A stretch of DNA of 64,000 bases from a virus. Taxonomy: Duplodnaviria; Caudoviricetes. This document shows positions 18,137 to 27,802 of this stretch, one piece after another (the first letter of the stretch is position 1; each line of letters starts with the position of its first letter). The notes under the pieces are model-generated. The model was not told where the DNA came from, searched no databases, and saw only the letters and a program-made list of their open reading frames with translations. The DNA lies in IMG/VR virus record IMGVR_UViG_3300010163_000009, positions 32,001 through 96,000 of that record. The stretch is one strand, 5' to 3'. A program made the translations under genes and the position numbers.

Positions 18137-21100
18137 ATGGCCGGACAAACATATCAAGTAAACTATATAGTCAATGTTGATGCTGCTAATGCACAATCTG
18201 CGATAAATTCGTTTAAGCGTGCGGTTGCCTCAATGGATAAAGCTACGAAACCTATTATCGACTTACAGAATAAAGTTCGTGGCCTCGTAGAGACTATGAG
18301 TGCGCTTAACAGAGGAAAATATTCTGTTAAGATAGATACTCGACCTGCCACTCAAAAGATAGGGAAACTGATTCGTGCTTTGCAGATGGCTAAGGCCGAA
18401 GTGCAGCAACTAAATGCTATGGGGGTAACTTTGGGAGGTGCAGGAACCAAAAGGAAAACCACATCTCGTACAACTGCTGCTTCTGTTGGCAGCTCTGCAT
18501 CTCGCACACGAACAACACCTTCCAGTTCATCTCGCACAGCAACGTCTTCAACAAGACGTTACGTTTCCCCAATAATGAAGCATCCCACTAATCTCGGATA
18601 TAAACTTTGGGGTCCAACTCCGCTGCCTAATAACGGAGGCATGGCTATTGATATGCTTAAAGGTATGGGGATTGCTTACGGGCTTGCTGGTGCTGGAATG
18701 ATGGTGTCAAATGTTGTTAATCAAGCTGCTGAGTACGACAACTTGATGAAGACAGTTGAAAATATTCTGAAGTCCCATGATACTGAAGAAGATTTTGCAG
18801 GCAGATTTGCCCAGATGACTCAAACGGTTCGTAATGTCGGCATGAAAACGAAATTTACAGTAGTAGAGGTTGCTGATGCCGCACGTTTCCTTGCTATGGC
18901 CGGTTTGAATGTAAATGCAATCCAACAAGCAATCAGTCCTATTGCCGATATAGCTTTGGTTGGAGATACTGAACTTGGTAAAACCGCTGATTTGGTCACT
19001 AATATTATGACCGCATATAACATTGCGCCTAACCAAATGCGTAATACAGCAGATATTATGACCAATACATTTACTATGTCAAATACTACTTTGACCGAAA
19101 TCGCTGAAGCTTATAAATATGCTGCATCGTTGCTTTCTGCTGGTAAAGTTCCGTTTGAAGAAGCTACGGCTGCTATTGGTGTATTGGGTGATGCCGGTAT
19201 CAAAGGTTCACAGGCTGGTACGACAATGCGTACTATTATGGCAAACATTGCAAACCCGACTAAGAAGCAAAGGGAAGCATGGGATGCGATAGGCGTTAGC
19301 CGTATTGATAAAAACGGAAAACGGAAAAGCCTCCTTCAGATATTTCAGGAACTACATGACAAAAATCTTGATGTTGATGCGTATTACAATATATTTCATA
19401 AAACCGCAGCTTCTGGAGCTGTAGCTCTTGCTGCACACGCAGATAAATGGGAAACTGTTTATCTTGAAAATTTCTTGTCTGGCGGCATGACACGTCGTTT
19501 GGCAGAAGAAAAACAAAATACTTTTAAAGGCTTGGTTGCACAGCTTGAATCTGTTTTTACCGATCAAGGAGTGACAGCGTTTAATGGAGTGCAGGGAATA
19601 TTGCGTGGTTGGATGAAATCGTCAATCAATTGGATGGATCCTAATAAAAACCCTGATGCACAAAAAGTATTCAAAGAGGTTGCCAATAGTTTGATAGAGT
19701 TTATACAAGTTCTTATCGATGCTTCTAAATGGTTTGTTTGGTTTTTTGATAAATTCGGTAGAATAGTGAAAACATGGGCCAAATTTCAGTTAATGATTTG
19801 GCCTGTAGTAAAAGCTGTTACTGCTTTTAGAAGTGCGTTCCTTGGTCTTTTGGGATTAAGAAAGGTTAGTAGCGTACTTATAGGTTTCTCCAGCATCTTT
19901 GGCAATCTCAACAAAAAGCTTCTCGTTTTAGGAACTACGTTAAAGCAAGGTGGGTGGTTTAAGCAAAAGATAGGTGGTAGCATAGCAACTTTTCTTGGTA
20001 ACACAGTTCCTGTAGCACCTCCGGGAAATACGTCTGGTGTCACACAAGTATCTCCATTTGGCTTTACAACTGGCATGGCTGGGTTTGCTCCATTGTCATA
20101 TAAACAGTACATGAAAGCAGCTAAAGGTTTGGACTTATCCAGACCTCATGCTTCAACCAGTGGCTATTACCTGAACAATATAGACAATTTCGGTCGTGAG
20201 GCAGAGGTTGCTGCATGGAACTCTGGAGTGTATGCTAATCGTCAGGCTGAGGATAAAGCCGCATTAAATCGATACAAGCAAAACCAAAAGACATTCAATA
20301 AGCGTGTTCGTAACATGCAAATAAAGAATGGTCTTGGTGGTTTGGGTAAAATGGGGCTTGGCACAGCCGGTATGATGTTGGGTATGCACCAAATGACTAA
20401 AGAAAATGCAAATGGTTGGGATGTTGCTTCTGGTGGACTCTTTGCTGCGGCAGGAATGGCTGCAATGGTTGGTGGTCCGGTTGGATGGATAGCTGCTGCT
20501 GGTTTGGCTCTTGGCGCATTGGGTTCTTCTTTGATGAGCTTCAACCAAAATCTTAATGCACTTTCTGACTTTGTTAATAGTTTCAGTAGAAGCCATCAAC
20601 TTCTTGATGGAGCTTTACTTAATGGTAATACTCGTACAGAGCGTTATCTTGAATTTATATGGCGTAAGAACTACGATATAAATGACCTTATTCAACGTCG
20701 TATTGAGTTGATGAAGGAACTTCTTGGTATTGAAACACCAAATGCTACTACTACAAAAGATGTTGGCAATGAAGTGTATAAAACCATGTATGAGAAGTTT
20801 TACGCAGCTGACTCATTATGGGGGAGTTCTCCTGCCGCATCACGTGCCGCAGAACTTTTTAATAAATATGGTAAAGAGTTTGGTCTATCTATTGATAAAC
20901 GTACAGAGACGTATTTGACAGGATATGATAGATATGGTAGACCTATGTATAACTCTCGTACTTATTGGGGTTATAAAGACGCTGAAGGAAACATTATAAA
21001 GTTCAATAATCCGGATGGAACTTCTGATGCAAATGATGCTGTAATGTATGACGTTGCCGCTGCAATGGAAATGTTGCACGGACAGTATCGTTCTAAGATA

Positions 21101-22372
21101 ATTGACGAGAACCAACATCGTTTGGCACAAATCCTTTATGGTAAGGCAACTGCTGAAGACGCTAAAAATTGGCGTGACACATTTGCCACTACATACGGAC
21201 CTTCTTCATGGACACATTTGACTCGTCCAGACCAGTGGAACGAAGATACTGATGTAGCAAAATATTGGTCTGGAGAAGATATTGCTCAGTCTTATATAGC
21301 TGCTCAACTCCTTTGGAAGTCAATGTACCAAATGGTAGAGGCTCAAAACGCCATTGTTGCGTTCAAAGAAAAAATAGCGAATGGCAATTTAACCGAGAAT
21401 GATGTTGTTAAGGCTTTACGATGGGGAGACTATGATATTCTTGGTCAAACGCTTGTTGATTATAATCCGAACGACATTGCAGGGTGGTTCAGGAATCTCG
21501 GATACTTTGGTGATGGAATTTGGCGTGACCCGTCAGGAAGGGAGACACCGGAAGTTATGGCTCAGACCGCCGCAGGGCAAATGCAACGTCTTTTAGATTC
21601 AATACAGAAACTTGGACTTGAAGCAGATCCTTCCACTCGGGCACTTCAGACATACGCCAATACGTTACTTACGTTAGCCCAATCGTTTATGGGTTCTAAT
21701 GAAGCTCTGTCGGGTTCACATGAAGGTGAAATTAAAGAATTGAATGGACAAAAATGGCGTTGGAACGCTACTACAAAACAGTGGGAACTCGTTGATGACA
21801 ATAACCAACCTGCGCAAATTTCACAGGGATTGTTAGATCTGTCTAACAATATGAATAACTTGTTGACAACGGTACAAACTGTTAATTCCCAATGGCCAAC
21901 GCTTTCTCCTATTATTTATCCTTCTAATGCAGATACAGGGTGGCGTTTCCCTTATGATTGGGGTACAGAGGGACAATATGGTTGGCAGACTCCGTGGAAT
22001 AATGGGAGTCATTTGATACCCCCCTCAATGACTTACACTACAACAGGTATAACTATGACCCCTTTACAGATGGGTAATGCTATCGCCAAACCCAGTCTTC
22101 CAGGGGTAAAAAATGGTGCTGGAACTGATAGTAATGGTAAAGATGGGCATACGGGTACTAAAACATCTGATTATAAATCCCACCAGAAGGAGCGTGCTAT
22201 TCCAAAACAAATTAATATCAATATTCAGAATTTGATGAATGTTGACTCAATTGACTTGACCAACGAAAATAACGTTGCCATAATCGATGAAATTAAACGT
22301 AAAGTCGCCTATGCACTTTATGAAGCCGCCGCAGACGGTACAATGATGCTGAATGGCCTTGCAAATACATAA
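18137..22372 (+). CDS. Tail tape measure protein
   Basis: 1411 aa; TP901-type core (TKFTVVEVADAARFLAMAG, GIKGSQAGTTMR); hydrophobic Gly/Ala segments; follows chaperones. Confidence 0.9.
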   Translation: MAGQTYQVNYIVNVDAANAQSAINSFKRAVASMDKATKPIIDLQNKVRGLVETMSALNRGKYSVKIDTRPATQKIGKLIRALQMAKAEVQQLNAMGVTLGGAGTKRKTTSRTTAASVGSSASRTRTTPSSSSRTATSSTRRYVSPIMKHPTNLGYKLWGPTPLPNNGGMAIDMLKGMGIAYGLAGAGMMVSNVVNQAAEYDNLMKTVENILKSHDTEEDFAGRFAQMTQTVRNVGMKTKFTVVEVADAARFLAMAGLNVNAIQQAISPIADIALVGDTELGKTADLVTNIMTAYNIAPNQMRNTADIMTNTFTMSNTTLTEIAEAYKYAASLLSAGKVPFEEATAAIGVLGDAGIKGSQAGTTMRTIMANIANPTKKQREAWDAIGVSRIDKNGKRKSLLQIFQELHDKNLDVDAYYNIFHKTAASGAVALAAHADKWETVYLENFLSGGMTRRLAEEKQNTFKGLVAQLESVFTDQGVTAFNGVQGILRGWMKSSINWMDPNKNPDAQKVFKEVANSLIEFIQVLIDASKWFVWFFDKFGRIVKTWAKFQLMIWPVVKAVTAFRSAFLGLLGLRKVSSVLIGFSSIFGNLNKKLLVLGTTLKQGGWFKQKIGGSIATFLGNTVPVAPPGNTSGVTQVSPFGFTTGMAGFAPLSYKQYMKAAKGLDLSRPHASTSGYYLNNIDNFGREAEVAAWNSGVYANRQAEDKAALNRYKQNQKTFNKRVRNMQIKNGLGGLGKMGLGTAGMMLGMHQMTKENANGWDVASGGLFAAAGMAAMVGGPVGWIAAAGLALGALGSSLMSFNQNLNALSDFVNSFSRSHQLLDGALLNGNTRTERYLEFIWRKNYDINDLIQRRIELMKELLGIETPNATTTKDVGNEVYKTMYEKFYAADSLWGSSPAASRAAELFNKYGKEFGLSIDKRTETYLTGYDRYGRPMYNSRTYWGYKDAEGNIIKFNNPDGTSDANDAVMYDVAAAMEMLHGQYRSKIIDENQHRLAQILYGKATAEDAKNWRDTFATTYGPSSWTHLTRPDQWNEDTDVAKYWSGEDIAQSYIAAQLLWKSMYQMVEAQNAIVAFKEKIANGNLTENDVVKALRWGDYDILGQTLVDYNPNDIAGWFRNLGYFGDGIWRDPSGRETPEVMAQTAAGQMQRLLDSIQKLGLEADPSTRALQTYANTLLTLAQSFMGSNEALSGSHEGEIKELNGQKWRWNATTKQWELVDDNNQPAQISQGLLDLSNNMNNLLTTVQTVNSQWPTLSPIIYPSNADTGWRFPYDWGTEGQYGWQTPWNNGSHLIPPSMTYTTTGITMTPLQMGNAIAKPSLPGVKNGAGTDSNGKDGHTGTKTSDYKSHQKERAIPKQININIQNLMNVDSIDLTNENNVAIIDEIKRKVAYALYEAAADGTMMLNGLANT

Positions 22373-22375
22373 TAT

Positions 22376-23491
22376 ATGGGTTACTTTAACAGTGTATGGT
22401 CTAACCTTGTTTTCAATACAGGAAATGCGACCTCTCAATTTGTAAATAGTCTTAACTGGCGCTATCAAAACATGCAAGGGGGGATTGAGTATGTGTCCCA
22501 ATCCGCCTACAAAAGTGTTTTGGTTCATATAGCCAAGCAACTTGCCATGTCAACTTTGGAAGGAGAGTTAAACAGTCTTCTTCCAAAGTATGAGAAGTAC
22601 GCTCGTGATAAGATGAGGGATGCGATGCGTGTTCAACAAGATGCGAATCGTAAGGTTCTCATTAACAATGGCAAAAAATCAACTGAAGATTTCGGATTTA
22701 TTATATGCGAGGGTGGTCACAAACTTATCGCAAAGACAAAATATGGCACTCCGGTTCCAGAAGCACTTATTCTGTCGTTTGATGGCCAAGAGAAAGTACA
22801 TTATGAAGATGTGTTATGGGATGAAAATTCAGTTGAATCTTATACTATAAAGAAAAAGAGTACACTTGAAAAGCTATGGAATCCCGGCAATGAAATTGAA
22901 CACACATCTCAGTCTTACAAATCAGATCCTTTTGATACAAAGACCGTGTTTCATATAGACCTTGCGCCAAAAGTTTCAATGAGCAGTAATAAAAATGTCA
23001 TTCTTACGCAAGTACAAGGCAGGGATTTTACTCGAAAAGAACTTGTGTCAGGTGGAGATATGACTTATACTATTAGCGGCTCTATCGTTTCAAATGATGA
23101 AGGTGTGTACCCTACTGAAGCCGTGAAACGCTTTGTGAAAATCATGCAATACAATGGCGTGGTTAATGTTAACTTTATTACATTCGGATTGCTTGGCGTT
23201 ACTCGCGTTATTATTAAGGATTTCTCGCTGGATTCCATTGAATATAAAAATATTCAACCTTATAGTTTTACATGTGTAGCTGTAGAGCCTGACGATGCCA
23301 TAAGTCTTCAGGCCGATACAATTGCGACTATTAATAAAGACCTTGCGGATTCAAAATGGGACACTTGGTATAAATCTATTCTTGATAACAAATTGGCACA
23401 AATGGCTGCTAAGACAGCTTTGAATGTTGCAACAAGTGCGGCGACATCTTCAGCTGGTGCCGGACTGGATGAATTACTTCCTAATATTTAA
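22376..23491 (+). CDS. Baseplate/tube-initiator-like protein (DUF6046-like)
   Basis: KNVILTQVQGRDFTRKELVSGGD pattern; position after tape measure. Confidence 0.55.
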   Translation: MGYFNSVWSNLVFNTGNATSQFVNSLNWRYQNMQGGIEYVSQSAYKSVLVHIAKQLAMSTLEGELNSLLPKYEKYARDKMRDAMRVQQDANRKVLINNGKKSTEDFGFIICEGGHKLIAKTKYGTPVPEALILSFDGQEKVHYEDVLWDENSVESYTIKKKSTLEKLWNPGNEIEHTSQSYKSDPFDTKTVFHIDLAPKVSMSSNKNVILTQVQGRDFTRKELVSGGDMTYTISGSIVSNDEGVYPTEAVKRFVKIMQYNGVVNVNFITFGLLGVTRVIIKDFSLDSIEYKNIQPYSFTCVAVEPDDAISLQADTIATINKDLADSKWDTWYKSILDNKLAQMAAKTALNVATSAATSSAGAGLDELLPNI

Positions 23492-23501
23492 TTAGTATAG
23501 T

Positions 23502-24983
23502 ATGGCAGATTTTGATACAAATAAACAACCTGGTTATCACATTCTCATTTCTCTAATCGAAGTGTGGACACCGAAGGATAAGAAGAAGCCAAATGGCGAT
23601 GTGAATGGTGATATTATGCGCATTTGTGAAGTCGAAGATGTTCAAATCGAAGAATCATTCAAAAAACTGATTGGTACTGCTTCGGTGCGTTTTCCGCGTG
23701 GTACCATTATTCGCAAAACAGTTACCGCCAGAACAGCAGAGGAAGAGAAAGACTTTCAGAAAATCAGTGCCAACCTTTCAAATAGTGGTGTTGTTGAGGA
23801 AACTCGTACAGAAACTTCTGTGGCATCCGTTAACACGTTCAAAGTAGGTCAGCGTATAAAGATTTATCTTGGCTACACAACTGATCCGCTGGTAGCAGAG
23901 ATGGCTAAAACAGGAAATACGGGTAAAACCATTTATAATGATAACGACACGTATCAAGAATACTTGTCCAATTTCAAGAATACCGGCCCAGACTCAAAGA
24001 AGTATATGAGTCTGATGTTTGATGGGTACATTACAAAAGTTAGTTTGGACACTCCAATTGAACTGGAGTGTGAAAACCTTGCCAGTTATCTGAAAACCAT
24101 ATCTTGCCCGAAAGTCAAGCTCAAAAAATGTGAAGTGAAAGATTTTCTTGGGGATAAAGGACAATATAGGATGCTCCAAGATACAGGTTTGATATTGCAT
24201 CCAGATACAGCAGGGATGGATTTTGACCTTGGAGCTGTCGAATTGAGTACTGATTTGACCGTGGCTGATGTGTTAGCAGAATGGGCAAAATATGGTCTAT
24301 TCTGTTATGTCAGTGATTATAACGGGCAGCCAGCCATTCAGATTGGGCGAGCTTATTTTTCAAATCCCGGAAAAGATTCATTGTTGAATGCGACAACCAC
24401 TCCTGTTGTAGTACCTATTCATTTTGATTATCATGTAGCAAATAATGGGTTGACATTGACATCTTCCGATAAAAATTTTTTGGCTGTTCAGGCAAAAGGT
24501 ATATCGTCGGATGATAAGTTTATCAATATTACCATTTTGCGAAATCCTAAATATGACTCGGCAAAAGAAGAGTCTAAGAGTAATTCGCGTTATCGCTATG
24601 TTAATGAAACTAAGTTGAGCAAGAAAGCTTTGAAAGCTGGCAAGAGATACTTGACTGATGCCCCCAATGATAAAGTAGATATGAAGTTATACACACAAAT
24701 TGCTTTTGTATCTAAAACCATTCCGACAACAATCGAAAAGTTATCAGAGGAGGCAATAAAGTATTTTGAAGGGTATAATATGACAGGAATCGAAGGCTCG
24801 TTGACCTTGTTTGGTGATTTATATATCCGTACAGCTCAACAAGTTCAGTTTATTGATAACAGATACCCTGGGAAGAATGGTATTTATTTAGTTGAAGAGG
24901 TAACTACAACCTTTGGCACAGATGGTTTCCGTCAAAGAATTACATTGCCATATTGCATTAAGCGAGAAGGCAACAAAGAGTAA
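23502..24983 (+). CDS. Baseplate hub protein (late control gpD-like)
   Basis: IKIYLGY, FDGYIT, ELECEN; C-terminal GSLTLFG...GIYLVEEVTTTFGTDGFRQ. Confidence 0.7.
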   Translation: MADFDTNKQPGYHILISLIEVWTPKDKKKPNGDVNGDIMRICEVEDVQIEESFKKLIGTASVRFPRGTIIRKTVTARTAEEEKDFQKISANLSNSGVVEETRTETSVASVNTFKVGQRIKIYLGYTTDPLVAEMAKTGNTGKTIYNDNDTYQEYLSNFKNTGPDSKKYMSLMFDGYITKVSLDTPIELECENLASYLKTISCPKVKLKKCEVKDFLGDKGQYRMLQDTGLILHPDTAGMDFDLGAVELSTDLTVADVLAEWAKYGLFCYVSDYNGQPAIQIGRAYFSNPGKDSLLNATTTPVVVPIHFDYHVANNGLTLTSSDKNFLAVQAKGISSDDKFINITILRNPKYDSAKEESKSNSRYRYVNETKLSKKALKAGKRYLTDAPNDKVDMKLYTQIAFVSKTIPTTIEKLSEEAIKYFEGYNMTGIEGSLTLFGDLYIRTAQQVQFIDNRYPGKNGIYLVEEVTTTFGTDGFRQRITLPYCIKREGNKE

Positions 24984-24992
24984 AAAATAACT

Positions 24993-25967
24993 ATGAACGA
25001 TAAGAAAAAGTATCTGACAGACCATTCATCAAACGAAATGATACGCGAGGCTATACGTTCTATAGCTTTAAAAGGTATTGTTAATCGTCAGACAGGCGCT
25101 GTTCGTGGTACATCAAAAGTAACAGGATTCGTCTCCAAAATTCACACAGATGAAAGCGATGAACTGTTCGGAACTATAGATGTGCAAGAATATGCAGATT
25201 GGTCTGTTGCTGAGTCTGAAGATGCCAAAATCGGCTATCACGAAGGTGTGTTACTGACCGCCATTCAGAAAGATAATCAAGGATATATCATAATTCCAAA
25301 GCTTCATTCGGATGTGCTGGTAAGTAAAGACCCTGAGACGGGCAACGAATATGTAACGATGTTTTCTCATGTAGATCTTATCCAGCTTGATTCTCACGAA
25401 AAAATTTCTATTGGAGTCAGAGAGCGTGAAGAATATAAACCGGATGATGAGAACGCACCGGATATTCACGAATTGGAATTGACCGGTGTTCAGACGAATA
25501 CTACCTACGAAAAAGATAAGATCGTAACAACCGTTCAAGGCGAAGATGATGAAAACAAGGTTTATCAAACAATCGACAGCACCCAGATAGCTCAGGTTGT
25601 AGGAGATAATAAAACATCTTCAACTATGACCCAAGACGGTTTGAATATTACACATGATAAGACGAAGCTGGATTTAAATGATGACGAGGCAACTTTGAAT
25701 CAGGGCAAATCAAAAGTCAAAGTGACGGATGGTATAGTTTACTTGGGCAGTGATAGCGGAACAGATGACGCTGTGCTTGGTCAACAGTTAGCAACTATTT
25801 TATCAGACCTCGTTGGCTACCTCGGACAAATGATGACTCCGACAATGATGGGACCACAACCGCCGGCCAACGTCCTTGCAAGTTTTATCTCGCTGAAGGC
25901 AAAAATACAGTCATTTGCTTCCAGTCATAGTGGATTCCTAACGAATAAAGTTCAAATTCAGAAATAG
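24993..25967 (+). CDS. Baseplate spike protein (gpV-like)
   Basis: N-terminal OB-like region, beta-rich middle, AVLGQQL tip motif; follows hub. Confidence 0.6.
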   Translation: MNDKKKYLTDHSSNEMIREAIRSIALKGIVNRQTGAVRGTSKVTGFVSKIHTDESDELFGTIDVQEYADWSVAESEDAKIGYHEGVLLTAIQKDNQGYIIIPKLHSDVLVSKDPETGNEYVTMFSHVDLIQLDSHEKISIGVREREEYKPDDENAPDIHELELTGVQTNTTYEKDKIVTTVQGEDDENKVYQTIDSTQIAQVVGDNKTSSTMTQDGLNITHDKTKLDLNDDEATLNQGKSKVKVTDGIVYLGSDSGTDDAVLGQQLATILSDLVGYLGQMMTPTMMGPQPPANVLASFISLKAKIQSFASSHSGFLTNKVQIQK

Positions 25968-25969
25968 TT

Positions 25970-27802
25970 ATGGCAGACGCACAGCTCAATTTTAACGAGG
26001 AAGAACTTGATGAAAAAAGTGACTTATATCATTTGTATGACAGGCTTTATCAGGGGATGGTGAAAGCTAATGAGATTGATCCTCCAACTTTTCCATCTTC
26101 TGAAGATTTGCTTGTTTTGGATGGCAACGGTAATCCGGTTTTCGATTCTAACGGAGAGCCGGTACTTGATCAAGACAAGAAGGAGGAAGTAGATAAGGCA
26201 GCATCGAATTATTCTACCATTCTGATGAAAAACTCTGCATATCTTTTCGCCAATTCCATTTTATCTGTTATGAGCGGTGGAGGTGGAAATGAAGGTGTAG
26301 AAACTATAGGTTTTGTATCTCGTGGTGGTGATTCAATGAAAGGGGCGTTGTCTGCATGGTATGGCTTTGATGCAGGTGTAAACGGACAAAAGATATTTGA
26401 GGTTTCTATTGATGCAGATGAGAAGAAATGGGCTATCGTTCATGGAGGCTTTCAAGTCAAAGGCGATGCTGATATTACCGGAATATTGAATTTTGGAGAT
26501 GGCATTGCATTTGGCAATAACAAAACAATTTATTTAGATAATGATTCGCTTATCATAGAACGTCAAAAAATATCTATGAAAGGCGACATTATGGTTGACG
26601 GCACCTTCAAATTGGGAGATGTTATCATTAATAAAAACGGTATTTTCTGGGATAAATATGAGTTTTATCATTCTGATAATTCTAATAAGTCCGATGTGGA
26701 CTGGACAATGAAAGATGCCAATATACATGGCAATTTGTCAGTCAAGCAAAATGCTTCAGTAGATGGTACCCTTTCTGTTGACGGTGGTTTCTCTTTGGGA
26801 ACCATACAGAAGAATTTGCTTTATTCTGAAACGATAGACCAAATTGAAGAAGATGGTAATGTAACCTCAATAGCTCGCACCGTTCTTGATTCTGATTTGC
26901 GAATCATTAACGGTCATGGAATCAAATTCGATGAAGACTATATCATAAATGTACGTAATAGTCAGGTAGTGTCATTTTCAGCTCCTGGAATGATAATGAA
27001 TCTGGGAGATAGCGACAATGGAAAGCAGACAGGCAAAATATCACTTCAGTCGGATATTTGGGATTACTCAAACAATTTCAAACTTGTTTCTAAAGAAGGT
27101 ACAGGAAACTTTGTTAATGGGCTAAGGGCGCAATGCGCAGTAAATGGCTCTTCTGTACTGGAAACGTTTCGCACAGATACCGATAATTTGGGTGTTTTGT
27201 TTCCTAAGCAAATCCGCTTTGGTACTACCGATGGACCGGCTATTTATCAAGATACAGATACTGGAGGATTGAATATTCAAATACCTTATGTCAACGGTGA
27301 GGCCGAAGGGTATCCAACTGAGCAATTAAAGTTTAACACGTTTTTTGCTCAGACTACTTCTCCATTTAGAAACCAAGCGTTAGACTGGTCTGCAACGCTT
27401 CATTTTATGACTGATGGTGAGTTCTTTGCTTTTGACAAGCCTATTGAAGCGGAATATTTTGCAATAAAAAGTGAGCAATATCACACCAGACTGATTGAAG
27501 ATGCTCTATTCTTTGATGACGGAAAGTTCATTGAAGGAGTAGTTGATGGTCTCCGGTATTCAGGTAACGGGTACTTTGACGGAAATATTTCATCACCCAG
27601 TTTTGCAAGCGGCTTTGCAGGTTACGGGTGGGCTGTCAAATATGAGATTACCAATGGCGGTTTTCATGCTACTGTTGATTCTCTCACTGTTCGCAAGAAA
27701 ATGAGAGTATATGAACTGGAAGTCCAAAAAAATTCAGTTACAAATGGTTCTCTGTGGGTAAGTGATAGTTGCTCAGGAGACGAGGTTATAGCAATAGAGT
27801 AA
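25970..27802 (+). CDS. Tail fibre/structural protein
   Basis: 610 aa beta-rich; C-terminal FASGFAGYGW...DSLTVRKKMRVYELEV motif of Bacteroidota phage tail proteins. Confidence 0.6.
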   Translation: MADAQLNFNEEELDEKSDLYHLYDRLYQGMVKANEIDPPTFPSSEDLLVLDGNGNPVFDSNGEPVLDQDKKEEVDKAASNYSTILMKNSAYLFANSILSVMSGGGGNEGVETIGFVSRGGDSMKGALSAWYGFDAGVNGQKIFEVSIDADEKKWAIVHGGFQVKGDADITGILNFGDGIAFGNNKTIYLDNDSLIIERQKISMKGDIMVDGTFKLGDVIINKNGIFWDKYEFYHSDNSNKSDVDWTMKDANIHGNLSVKQNASVDGTLSVDGGFSLGTIQKNLLYSETIDQIEEDGNVTSIARTVLDSDLRIINGHGIKFDEDYIINVRNSQVVSFSAPGMIMNLGDSDNGKQTGKISLQSDIWDYSNNFKLVSKEGTGNFVNGLRAQCAVNGSSVLETFRTDTDNLGVLFPKQIRFGTTDGPAIYQDTDTGGLNIQIPYVNGEAEGYPTEQLKFNTFFAQTTSPFRNQALDWSATLHFMTDGEFFAFDKPIEAEYFAIKSEQYHTRLIEDALFFDDGKFIEGVVDGLRYSGNGYFDGNISSPSFASGFAGYGWAVKYEITNGGFHATVDSLTVRKKMRVYELEVQKNSVTNGSLWVSDSCSGDEVIAIE